Origin: an uncultured Chlamydiae bacterium | GTDB lineage: Bacteria; Chlamydiota; Chlamydiia; Chlamydiales; Parachlamydiaceae | Direction: 5' to 3' | DNA: 31,660 nucleotides | Assembly (NCBI GenBank): GCA_963830365.1 | Contig: CAWHMU010000014.1 | Coordinates: 1-31,660 of the forward strand | Shown here: one piece after another, positions 21,201 to 29,876 of the stretch | How the letters are laid out: every line of letters starts with the position of its first letter | How positions within the stretch are numbered: position 1 is the first letter of the stretch | Program-made: the position numbers and the translations under genes | The notes under the pieces: generated by a model | The model's database searches: none | Told to the model about the DNA's origin: nothing | Seen by the model: only the letters and a program-made list of their open reading frames with translations

Positions 21201-23829
21201 AAAAGCGAATCGAATCCAACACGTTGCTCATATTGGAGAGGGAAAAGCCAAAACTCTGCCTACCGGTCAACGGCAGGCCGCGCGCGCGGGCCAGCTCTAA
21301 AATCAATTCTCGAAGGGTGGCGACCATTTTTTCGCCTTTTTTCGGATCGAGAGCCAACATGCCCAGCAGGGGTCTGAAATTGATGGCGACATAGACGGTG
21401 TCTTCGTCGGTATTCAATGTGATATCGGCAGCGCGAAAGTCCTTGTTAACCTTCTGTTTTTCTCCTGCCGCGATGCTGCCTGAATCGCATTGGTGTTTGA
21501 TTTCTGAAAAGCGACTCTTTAGCTTGTCGTACATCCACGTCGTATTTGCTCTGATGCACTGAAAATAGGTGGCATTGAGTTTTGAAAAGTTTTCAGCCAG
21601 CAGATTGAAAAAAGAGACTTTCTTCGCGATCGGCAGCGGAAATGTAGGATGTGGCGCTTTAGAATTTCCAGAATAAATGCAAAGCCCACCAGAGTAGTTG
21701 TCAGCGCCGAATTGGACAAGTTTTGCCAGGCTCTGCACCATGAAGATTTCAAGACGGCCTGCTTTGATGTAGACGCTTAGTACTTTAAGTAAATTCTGTA
21801 TGACATCGTCAGACCAATAGTTTAGGGTGATGTCGAGCACAAGGGCCATCTTTCTCAATGGGTTTTTATTAAGACGTTCCCCAACCCATTCAGCGACATC
21901 ATTTTGGTAAAGTTCGGCTCCTCTGGCATTATTGGTATGGATGTCGGCCACCAAGATGTCAGGGATGCCTTCGATATCGTCCAGCAAGGATTTTTTCTGG
22001 AGGACAAAATAGTCGCCCTTGGCGGCAACAAATGTATCCAGCAGGGACTGGGTTTCAAAATAGCTTTGACTGATGCAGGCGATGTCTGCCGAGGCGGCAA
22101 ATTCAGGGCGCTTTAGAAGATGGTCTAAGACGAAGAAACTGGCTCCCATAGCATAGGGAAACAGGCCGACGTCAGTATGCAGTTTGGAAAGATACCCTGA
22201 ACTATCGAGGATGCGCAGCAGGCTGGCTTTGAAAGCCGACATTTCGGCAGCGCCAATAGCATTGACGTGCAGATTTTCGTCCTTTGACTCGAGCTTGGAC
22301 TCTTCATTGCTAGGCTTTTCCAAATAGTCTAACGAGAACATCACGATCTCGCAGATGTTCTGGTAGGCCTTTGCCCACTGCACCACGCCGGCTGATGGGG
22401 AAATCCAGGGGCCGACCTGGGAACACAAAAGCGGATAAGCAAAGGCCGCCTGGTGTTTTTGGAAAAAGCAAGCATCCCATTTGAGAATCGCATCCCGATA
22501 GAGTTCGGAACCCGGGTCATCTTTGAAGGTGTAATTTGCAATCTCTGCTATCTGGCGCTCCCAGTCGGCCTGCGTCTGCTCATTAGAAGAAGAACTATCG
22601 GCATTGTCGATCAGGCGGTCGACCAGCAAAGGTTCTGCATGCGTTGTGAGGAAGTTGTTGATGGCCAGCCGATCAGGAATAGAGCCCGTTTCGTTAAGCA
22701 GCGAAAAAACACTAGGATCGAAGTATTTGGCCAAATTTGAACACAGCAGTGCGGTATCCTTCGATTCCGGATCGCGCACCTTCCACTCAGCCCCCCAAGC
22801 CAGCACGCAATCGTTCCCTGGAATTTGCAGCATGAAGACGAAAATCGGGATTTCACTTTTAAGCTTACGCACCTCTTTTAAAGCTGCATTAGCCCTTAAA
22901 ATATTCTTCTCCTCCAGAATCTGCTCAATGCTCTTGGCGAGGTCTGCCGGGGTGATGCACACAGCCTTGAATGTTTTCTTTGGATAAAATGTATCTAAAA
23001 CAGACGTTACTTGCCCAGAAGTCAACTTTGCGTAATCTAAGACCTTATCCAGCCAATATGCTTTCTTTTCTGCCATGGATTTCTTGTTGTATTTTGGGTT
23101 TGTCACTTCCGTGGCGGCATACGAGCGTTCAAAGAATGGACCTAGATGCAGGCTAACCCAAGGTTTAATGACATCGAATAGACGATGGTGTTCAGTGCGG
23201 ATATAGCCAGGTTTGTCTTGGGGCGCCCAAAGCGGGTTGGGATAACCTAATTGCTCATTTTCCCGTGTGGTGAACGGAGCGTTACCTTGTTGATGAGAGA
23301 TGGCGTATCGAAGGCATGCTTGTCTTTCTTGGGGAGTCTTAGCCGACTGATACAGCCGGCTGATAATCTCAAGCGGCGAAGGGCAATCGATTTGGCCACA
23401 AGGCACGGACGAAAGGTTCTGTGTGAGCTTATAAACGCCACCCTTCTCTTCTGAGGAAAGCAGGCTTTTCTCCTCTTCAACCTCTGTTGATGAAGCTCTG
23501 CTGCGGGGAGGCGTCGTATGGCAAGGCGCTAAAATCGGAGCCGATAATATCGGAGGCGATAATATCGATTGAGACACGCGCTCTATTTTCTCAATTTCAG
23601 GGGCCGTGCCGGCAGGTTCCTGCACGTCGTGCCGGTTGGCAAAGCTGTTATGGTGCGCTAGCTGAATTCCGGCAAGCGCACTGATTGCCGAAGCCTCAAC
23701 CGTATCCTCTATTACTAACACTTTAGATACTAACCCTTTAGGGGTGGGGGTAGGAACAATGGGTTGGCCAGCCGATAAGAGTGAGGTCTGTGAGGACTGA
23801 TTTGGATCAAAAGATGAATTAATAGACAT
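18223..23829 (-). CDS. Large putative secreted effector: PLP-dependent transferase-like domain plus CE-clan (Ulp1/DUB-like) protease domain
   Basis: S/T/P-rich N-terminus; GGAGG RBS before ATG 23829; LVLDIT/QSLAKLVQFGADNYSGG/RQSFGF/IRFSIGVE; LHWAAF...YKDSLG...EQSGDGASCG. Confidence 0.75.
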   Translation of the reverse strand: MSINSSFDPNQSSQTSLLSAGQPIVPTPTPKGLVSKVLVIEDTVEASAISALAGIQLAHHNSFANRHDVQEPAGTAPEIEKIERVSQSILSPPILSAPILAPCHTTPPRSRASSTEVEEEKSLLSSEEKGGVYKLTQNLSSVPCGQIDCPSPLEIISRLYQSAKTPQERQACLRYAISHQQGNAPFTTRENEQLGYPNPLWAPQDKPGYIRTEHHRLFDVIKPWVSLHLGPFFERSYAATEVTNPKYNKKSMAEKKAYWLDKVLDYAKLTSGQVTSVLDTFYPKKTFKAVCITPADLAKSIEQILEEKNILRANAALKEVRKLKSEIPIFVFMLQIPGNDCVLAWGAEWKVRDPESKDTALLCSNLAKYFDPSVFSLLNETGSIPDRLAINNFLTTHAEPLLVDRLIDNADSSSSNEQTQADWERQIAEIANYTFKDDPGSELYRDAILKWDACFFQKHQAAFAYPLLCSQVGPWISPSAGVVQWAKAYQNICEIVMFSLDYLEKPSNEESKLESKDENLHVNAIGAAEMSAFKASLLRILDSSGYLSKLHTDVGLFPYAMGASFFVLDHLLKRPEFAASADIACISQSYFETQSLLDTFVAAKGDYFVLQKKSLLDDIEGIPDILVADIHTNNARGAELYQNDVAEWVGERLNKNPLRKMALVLDITLNYWSDDVIQNLLKVLSVYIKAGRLEIFMVQSLAKLVQFGADNYSGGLCIYSGNSKAPHPTFPLPIAKKVSFFNLLAENFSKLNATYFQCIRANTTWMYDKLKSRFSEIKHQCDSGSIAAGEKQKVNKDFRAADITLNTDEDTVYVAINFRPLLGMLALDPKKGEKMVATLRELILELARARGLPLTGRQSFGFSLSNMSNVLDSIRFSIGVETEAVFERYVDLIGEVVDLLSAYAAKSSKFDINAFIDNIRTAFNVVERGGSLDPISVGPIHYEDRANTDEMTAQIGFIEGDLSVKILENGQSLGYLAQDSRSLGDMQSAHAESSSNLFKLCFHLLSFKSTYLYSPYYGPSEIQGVFDMRYQFHKSFLANMIDLDSSCDESDSDMQAPLSIQFYPFKVNVHGKAFPSDKIVVRIPSAFGRRPVKIDRLDVQRRHDIWTKCVTHDCQTENHEKDTILLTFGQKKPSLDYQTEILKQKDLANVIKFLNGLDFENLPYPHDYAWGEEKPLERIHRLLNSLGGSIVYKLDARLVTMIQSIPSEFCRGALIGGMLTCLIDGPFRPISPKVAEFIAKRFLPRCNIDDDDLNQWIVKFDKHLSSNPAKIAEVYAHAIPFLPRIMKEYSTPSSLYSTYESSHLRHMADMLEPYLPELKAHMLGLESKIEIGMLAYIEELKIGNEINILGMHEDTVKNLTGILAENCVADATEEKEMNIQYIDSSIARKIQSYLYIDFNDRLNIYLRLLAKYPLTAATKAALFSALKTIPESLRNDWVSCPGFWYSPIDHEEMSLVGNIDVETFSEEHQQAITEFLIKTGCKQNLLDCLAKKPSYTISQAIRWAIITQDRDIFLQAGKVCQQILDAQQRGTKEAKEKILKQHGDLACFRYHLDEANPIQNQVLGILDQIFYDDLAKHAAALEGKNSRRSSLNPPSGISGEDESAAAAALEKAALEKAALEKAAREKAALDVEINGNALNQKNNSAYWYKGTDIYSILQSATLQKQLHDFNSLGSMTLAELAPKMDEIIASLKHKPALCIYNRGSLHWAAFCLLLQTDGTIEALYKDSLGASEPALEQLMQKKNRNIRFSAHPGSEQSGDGASCGIMAIQNARILAEQLAGAKRADFMANFANFGAFCTLKQAASFRKKVFPAFYTDGCQRMADEEAKKTRQTRHIRDVLHTEIQDLTTRLQQHCRMTVKAIKADEKMD
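18943..19020 (-). repeat. 15-nt coding tandem repeat, AAAAAL(EKAAL/R)4
   Basis: agagctgctttctca-type units encoding AAAAALEKAALEKAALEKAAREKAAL. Confidence 0.85.
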
Positions 23830-23957
23830 GAAGCCTCCCATAGAGGCTAATATTCTACACCATGATAGTTGATTATATCCATATGTAATAAATGTTTTAT
23901 TTAAGGAAATTTAAACGGTTGAGAGTTGTTGATAAAAAGTTTTAGTTTGCTGCTTTC

Positions 23958-24485
23958 GGTTCATCGCACAATCGCGTACCTCCCCATATGTAAACTAATG
24001 GAGGATGTTAAATAAATCTTACATAATGGCAAATTGCGCGTTCGATACTGTGAAGGAAGGATTTGAGTTGGCACTGCCATATTAAGAGATGGGGCACAAG
24101 CCATGAGAACATTTTTACAGCCTCGCTAGAGGCGGAAGCATGTAGCCACATGCGTCAGCGTGTGGTGGGCAATTGATTCGATAGAAGCCGTGAATACGGC
24201 GACAACAAATACTAGGAATGTTTTACTCTTAAACGTAATTATATCGGAATCTGCTTCTTTTGGTAAGGCTGTCGCCGTATTCACGGCTCTCGTTATTCTA
24301 TATTTCCACTCCATAGGTTGACACCTATGGCTACATGCTTTCGCCTCTAGCGAGGCTTTTATTAGTTTACGTGATACCCTTATTTATATATTACATTTCT
24401 ATCTCTCTGAACGTTATTTATTTGTGATTTCAGGTGGCCTTAAATTGATTTTACTGTGAGTAGGTACGCATTTGTCGGATGAACC
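23958..24485. mobile_element. 528-bp MITE (copy 2) with the same right end and nested palindrome, but a different left part
   Basis: 24118-24485 is nearly identical to 17248-17612; left TIR ggttcatcgcacaatcgcgtacct matches the right TIR at 20/24; no TSD. Confidence 0.8.
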
Positions 24486-24486
24486 T

Positions 24487-25002
24487 TTATTTCTTAGGCC
24501 ACGTGACTCCTTCCCAGAAATCCTTGCATTCTTCAAAAGTATACGGCATCTGCCTCTTTCCTGAACGAACAATAAGATTTTCATCTTTTATAGTAATACT
24601 GCTTATTGGGTAACTCCAAATGTACTTTCCTACAATAGCCATTTCTGGCTTGGGAAAATTAATGGTTTTTCCAATCGGCCCGGCTTTCTCATCACTGTTA
24701 TATATAAAATTTAGCAGGACGTTTTTTTTAATCGAAACGCCGACATTTGCAGTTATAATAGCTATTTCCACCTCTAGATTACCGGCAATTTCTCTTTCAA
24801 GTTCAAGTAGGTATGTTTTTCCTGGCAGACCACTATTCGTAACCTCTTTCCAACTCTTTACGGCATTGCCAGTACCATCTGCCGTAGCACCCTTTATAAT
24901 TGTCTCCCAAATCTCAGCTAATTGATCACTTTCTTTCAGGTTTTTTGCAATTTCTTGAACAGAATCGGTTGCTTTACTCGGCCAAATATCATTTCGAAAT
25001 AT
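24487..25002 (-). pseudogene. Frameshifted C-terminal domain of the 1078-aa gene ('WPKK' domain)
   Basis: Open frame of 171 codons (IFRNDIW...LAEIWETII...KTYLLELEREIAG...VTWPKK) overlapping the end of the upstream ORF; homologous to the C-terminus of the 28381 gene. Confidence 0.75.
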
Positions 25003-28000
25003 TCATCCCCATTTCAATTATGGGTGGAAGAGGGGAATGAGTGGCTGTTGGGATAGTAACCTGAGTAATGGCAGTGCCGGTAACTGCAGGCTTCCTTTCT
25101 TGTGCTGCCGCTGCCAATTTGGACTCTGTTAAATCTAAATCCTCTTCCTTGGAGATGGCGGTGGCTGCATCCATTGTTCCAGCCGCAGTAGCCTGTGGCT
25201 GAGCTGCCTTCGATAATGAGGGGGCAGACCCAGCGTGCCATCTAAATTTTACCGTTTTACTTGTATTTGGTATGATGGTTTGATTTTCGGCAGCTGGTGG
25301 CGGTCTTTCTGCGTCCTTTGGTTCTGGCGAGGGCTCTTCAGGAATTGAGGCTTTGTTTTCGCCTGCGGACTCTACAAGCACCTCTTCTGGCTGAGCTTTA
25401 ACATGGTTCAGGCCTTCTTGTTCTAGCAGGATCTGGCTATAAGTATAGAAGGCAGATTTTTTATCCAGGGTGTTTAATTTTTGTGATTTAGCTTGAAGAT
25501 CATTAGGTTCATTATCCCCATACTTTGAATCATTAGTCTTTGAATCGTTTTTTAATTGAACCGTTTGTTCATAGAGGGCCAGCCAGTCAAGAAACTCGCG
25601 CTTTTCTTCTATGCTGAGGGATTCTTGTTTTTTATTGCTAGACTTTGCAAGCTTGTTTTCAGTGGCAATTTTATTTTCTACCAGGGCGACGGCTTCGGCA
25701 TATTTATCGATCACCCTGGTTGAAACCGTGAAGAAGTTCCATATAAATCTAATTAAGGATTTAATCCGTGCTGGCAGAGATTGACTTGCATTGATGCGAC
25801 CTGCCAGCGAGGATGTACGCAAAGACTCATATCTGGAGATTTTTTTTAGTTCCGTCAAGCTGGGCAGTACAGAACGTTCAATGCTTTGCTGCAACCGAGA
25901 AGATGGTGTTTCTTCCATAAATGCCGCATAAACTCCACTTTCCACTTCATTAGCGAATCTGTCTGCAGCTGCTATAAGCTCTTTATATGCGGCAGCTTTT
26001 GAATTCTCATCTTTCAGATGAGAAAACAAAGGTTGATAGTCTTTGGGAATTTGAAATCCGGGAGTATCTTTATGTTCCAAAGCGGTGCGGGTGTCGCCAC
26101 CCTTTGGGGCTGCCGCCCACTGACTGGCAAATGATGCCGCCAGCGCCCTCATTTCTCTTTCGGCATCCGGAGGAAAATTACCAAGTTTGGTGAGATCGAA
26201 GGTGGCTCTTTTGCGAACTTCTGAGAAAGAGCCATCGTTTTTTTTATATGCGAAGTCACCAATCCATTCGATTTTTAAAGGACTGCCTGGCTCCGAAACC
26301 TTCCAATCATTATGTCTCCACAGATTATATCCTTCCCAGGGCATGTACTTGCTTTTAGAATATTTTTGTTCATCTCCAATGAGGTGTTCGCTTCTTAGCT
26401 CTTGCGCGGCCAGATTTGCAATTTCTCTACTGCTCCGCCCTTTTTCTTTAGAATCTTTGGCCTCATCACCTGCCAACTTTGTTGTCGCATCGGCTTTAAG
26501 GCCCGGCGCCGTGGTTATCGCATCGGTGATACTCTGGGTATTGATAAAATCGCCAGTTTTTGCCATGAAAAACATTTGAGATTCGTTTAGACGCGCCCGC
26601 GCATGATCAAGTTCGGCAATTCTTTTATCCACAAACTCTTGTGGTATATCCTGGGCTTCGTTGAGGCTTGAGCTTAAGCTGGAAATCGGAGTTATTAAAG
26701 AAGAGAAAAACAGATCCCCTATAGTCTTTCCGACCGTTAGCGGTTTGCCCTCTTTGATTTGTTCGAGCTTGTTAAGTTTTACCTTTTCGGCTTCTTTTAA
26801 AAAATTCTGCAGAGCTTTCATTCCATCAAAATCTTTAGTATTTATTTGACAGGTTGATAGTAATGCGAACTTCCAGTCTGATGACAGGGCATAATCCCTG
26901 CCCACTAGTCGTTGAATTCGGCCGAATAAATTCTTAATTGGCATCCCTTGTTTTTCAAGCTCCTGCCCAAAGAGCTGCTCTTTCTGGCGCTCAACTTCAC
27001 GACTTGCTTGGGCGAGGGATCCGTATTTGGCATCAAAGATGGCTTTTTGCTTGCTTAGAGCCGGATTGCCTCTTGTTAGCTTTAAGGCTTCGAGGCAGGT
27101 TTCCGTTGCTTTAACAAGATGATTTTTTACGATGGTCAATTCATCATAGGTAGAGATGATTTGGGTGCTGCCAGGTTGTTGTGCAATGATTTTTTCAAAA
27201 GCCGCCACCGTGCCGGCATCAGCATTTTTTCTTCTTAGATTGGCAATGGAGGTTGAGCGTATGTCTATCCGTTCTTCGATTCTGTGGCCTACTTTCTTGG
27301 CGATCGCTTGGCCAAGCTTAGTCAAATCGTCATCTGTATAGTCTGCGACTGTTGGACTAGCTAGAGGAAAAGTCTTCTTAAAAGCGGCATTAAAAGCATG
27401 ATTGATGGTGTCTTTATCGATGTTAATTTTTAATTTCGAGTCGTTGGTAAACTCTTTTATAAAACCTTCGATTTTTTTTTCATTAACGTCTGGTTTTATA
27501 ATGTTGTGTTTGGATAATTCAAGCTGAATAATATCTTTCACATCTTTGTCTTGATCGATACGATTTAACACCTCCAGCGCACAGTCTTTTTTTAAACCAG
27601 GGTCATTTGAAAATACCTCTTTAAACGCTTTTAGCGTTTCATCTTGGTTTCCCTGGTATACAGCTGCTAAGGCATTAATGCCATTGGGGATGTCAAGCGC
27701 AAGCGCGCATCTTTGCTGCAATACATGGCCCTGTTGTTTAAAATTCTCGATACTTGCCATCAGTTTAGCTTTTACCAACGGCTGAAGTTGCACATTGTCA
27801 AATACAGTCTTCTTCAAACCGTCTAGCTCTGAAATCACCACCGTGGCCGCTTTTTCACTAATTTTTAGCTTTCCGCTGAATTCACGCTGGATGGCCGCAT
27901 CGGTAGCATTTGGAAACGCTGCCACGGCGCTTGTGATAACCCATTCGCTGTTAGCAATTTGCAATTCCAATGTGCGCAAAGTTTCATAGGTTGTCTCTAG

Positions 28001-28225
28001 TGCTTTGGTAGGCGTGGTGGCGGGGAAAGAGACGGATGCAAAGGCCGCACCGGCTTTCTTGGCAGATTCAGAAGGCGTCAGCATAGCAGGAGATACGCTC
28101 AGGAGGTTACCCTCTGGAGTCATTATTTTTGCTTCTGCCTGCTGCGCTTTATTCTCAACCGGCTGGATGGGGCTTATCGCGTCGACTGGTTTGACGCTAT
28201 TTGGTGAAACTGATTCTGGCGGCAT
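24989..28225 (-). CDS. Large hypothetical helical/coiled-coil protein, putative secreted effector (~1246 aa if the frameshift is repaired)
   Basis: 1078-aa ORF, S/P/A/T-rich N-terminus, K/E/Q-rich helical core, P/E/A/T-rich linker at the end; GAGG RBS. Confidence 0.75.
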   Translation of the reverse strand: MPPESVSPNSVKPVDAISPIQPVENKAQQAEAKIMTPEGNLLSVSPAMLTPSESAKKAGAAFASVSFPATTPTKALETTYETLRTLELQIANSEWVITSAVAAFPNATDAAIQREFSGKLKISEKAATVVISELDGLKKTVFDNVQLQPLVKAKLMASIENFKQQGHVLQQRCALALDIPNGINALAAVYQGNQDETLKAFKEVFSNDPGLKKDCALEVLNRIDQDKDVKDIIQLELSKHNIIKPDVNEKKIEGFIKEFTNDSKLKINIDKDTINHAFNAAFKKTFPLASPTVADYTDDDLTKLGQAIAKKVGHRIEERIDIRSTSIANLRRKNADAGTVAAFEKIIAQQPGSTQIISTYDELTIVKNHLVKATETCLEALKLTRGNPALSKQKAIFDAKYGSLAQASREVERQKEQLFGQELEKQGMPIKNLFGRIQRLVGRDYALSSDWKFALLSTCQINTKDFDGMKALQNFLKEAEKVKLNKLEQIKEGKPLTVGKTIGDLFFSSLITPISSLSSSLNEAQDIPQEFVDKRIAELDHARARLNESQMFFMAKTGDFINTQSITDAITTAPGLKADATTKLAGDEAKDSKEKGRSSREIANLAAQELRSEHLIGDEQKYSKSKYMPWEGYNLWRHNDWKVSEPGSPLKIEWIGDFAYKKNDGSFSEVRKRATFDLTKLGNFPPDAEREMRALAASFASQWAAAPKGGDTRTALEHKDTPGFQIPKDYQPLFSHLKDENSKAAAYKELIAAADRFANEVESGVYAAFMEETPSSRLQQSIERSVLPSLTELKKISRYESLRTSSLAGRINASQSLPARIKSLIRFIWNFFTVSTRVIDKYAEAVALVENKIATENKLAKSSNKKQESLSIEEKREFLDWLALYEQTVQLKNDSKTNDSKYGDNEPNDLQAKSQKLNTLDKKSAFYTYSQILLEQEGLNHVKAQPEEVLVESAGENKASIPEEPSPEPKDAERPPPAAENQTIIPNTSKTVKFRWHAGSAPSLSKAAQPQATAAGTMDAATAISKEEDLDLTESKLAAAAQERKPAVTGTAITQVTIPTATHSPLPPIIEMGMNISK

Positions 28226-28380
28226 ACAAACCTCATCGATTAGTAAGCGTTATAATCAACAGTGTGCATGTCTATATTATAATCTGTTTTGTATTTATTT
28301 TTAAAAGTTTAAAGCGCGAAGTGTTCAAATAGCTGAATATTAGGAGTGAGGCAAGGTAGACAGGGGAGTGATGGCCAAGC

Positions 28381-29406
28381 TTATTTTTTTGGCCATTTCA
28401 CGCTGGCAAAAAGATCCCTGCATCCTTTGATAGAGAAAGTCATCTTATCTTTACCGGTATGTACCGTCACGGATTGATTATGAAAGACAATACTTCTTAT
28501 GGGGTAGTTGGTCCACAAAAACTTCCCAATAATCGTCTTAGTAGGATCTGGAAATTCAATGATTTTCTCATGTGCATTTTCACGCAGGCAGACAATAACC
28601 TCTTTTTTAAGCAAAACCTGGCCAACCACCATCACAGTACCCGCGATTTCTTTAACCAGCTCTACGCGATAGGTTTTTGACGGTTTATGGCTCTTAACCT
28701 CTTCCCACAGCTTAATAGCTTTGCCTGTGGCAGGCCCGACAATGGTTTCCCAGAGTTCTGCAATGTTCTTGATGTCGTTGTCTCTATCGTTTTGCCAAAT
28801 ATCTGCCCTAAGCGTGTCCATCATCTTTTTATAGAGAGCCTCTTGGGGACTAAGCTGGACCATATCTGGCGTCGGCTCAAGTTTATCCAACACCTCAATG
28901 GCAGCCCCAGCCTGGGCGGTTGGCTGGGCGGCATCCTCCCGCCCTATGCGCGCGGCAGGCTGTTCTGCCGGAATTTCCGCCGGCAGACTGGTAATGGTGT
29001 CGCGGGGGTCCATCTGTGGATTTTCACCGCTGGAAGGCTCTGAAAGCATGTTCTTAAAAGTCTTTTGGCCGCTAACTGCCATGCCGTCCATCAGGTTTTG
29101 CAAGATAGCGGCACAAGCGTTCTTTCCACCGCTTAGTATCGTCTTGATTTGTTGCTTATTGGGAAGTGTTCTTAAAGTATGTTTGCAGTGGGATGTGATA
29201 GCTGTGCCCCAATCGTTTCCAAAGATACCTGCCACCAGATGTATTAAGGCATGGCGGGCCACTGTTCGGATTTCGATTTCGCGTGTCTGCACATTAAGAT
29301 GGAGGCGCACTTGCTCTTTTTTCCAATATGTAGGGGAGAGCCAGGCCGAAGCTAGGTTGAGAGTGTGTTGTTGCTGGAATGGCTGTGTGTTAGCTGTTGT
29401 TGACAT
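28381..29406 (-). CDS. Hypothetical protein with a C-terminal 'WPKK' domain, putative effector
   Basis: ORF of ~341-344 aa (start 29406 or 29415); low-complexity linker, then the domain shared with 24487-25002. Confidence 0.75.
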   Translation of the reverse strand: MSTTANTQPFQQQHTLNLASAWLSPTYWKKEQVRLHLNVQTREIEIRTVARHALIHLVAGIFGNDWGTAITSHCKHTLRTLPNKQQIKTILSGGKNACAAILQNLMDGMAVSGQKTFKNMLSEPSSGENPQMDPRDTITSLPAEIPAEQPAARIGREDAAQPTAQAGAAIEVLDKLEPTPDMVQLSPQEALYKKMMDTLRADIWQNDRDNDIKNIAELWETIVGPATGKAIKLWEEVKSHKPSKTYRVELVKEIAGTVMVVGQVLLKKEVIVCLRENAHEKIIEFPDPTKTIIGKFLWTNYPIRSIVFHNQSVTVHTGKDKMTFSIKGCRDLFASVKWPKK

Positions 29407-29654
29407 CCTTATCAATCCTACGGTGTTACTTTAATCCAGCTATTTTACCCACACACCCGCTTTTTTACCAGCTTCTCCATCTTTCAAATAAGGCTTTAAA
29501 TGACAAGTGGCCATTCAGCCTTGTTTAACATCATAACATCTTGTATATTAATCATTAAGGCGCAGGTTGTCATAGATCATCAACCATTGCCGCTTTTTAT
29601 TACAGCCTCCACAATGCTTTATGAAGCTGTATTTACATTATTTTGCAAATTTGC

Positions 29655-29684
29655 TTGTGCAAAAAAACACCTCTTTGCTATAAA
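29655..29684 (+). promoter_or_regulatory. Putative tRNA operon promoter
   Basis: TTGTGC, A-tract, 18-nt spacer, extended -10 TGcTATAAA, ~22 nt before tRNA-Thr. Confidence 0.45.
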
Positions 29685-29706
29685 CAACGCTTATCCCGTT
29701 TTCTGC

Positions 29707-29779
29707 GCTGGCATAGCTCAATTGGTAGAGCACCCGACTTGTAATCGGACGGTTGTGGGTTCAATTCCTACTGCCAGCA
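29707..29779 (+). tRNA. tRNA-Thr(TGT)
   Basis: Acceptor GCTGGCA/TGCCAGC, D-arm GCTCAATTGGTAGAGC, loop CTTGTAA, T-arm GTGGGTTCAATTCCTAC; CCA not encoded. Confidence 0.95.
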
Positions 29780-29794
29780 CATTTTCTCTCCTAT

Positions 29795-29876
29795 GGGGGT
29801 GTCGCATAGTGGCAATTGCAAGGGACTGTAAATCCCTCGACTCCGGTCTCCGTTGGTTCGAGTCCAACCGCCCCCA
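29795..29876 (+). tRNA. tRNA-Tyr(GTA)
   Basis: Acceptor GGGGGTG/CGCCCCC, anticodon arm AGGGA-CTGTAAA-TCCCT, long variable arm, T-arm GTTGGTTCGAGTCCAAC. Confidence 0.95.
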
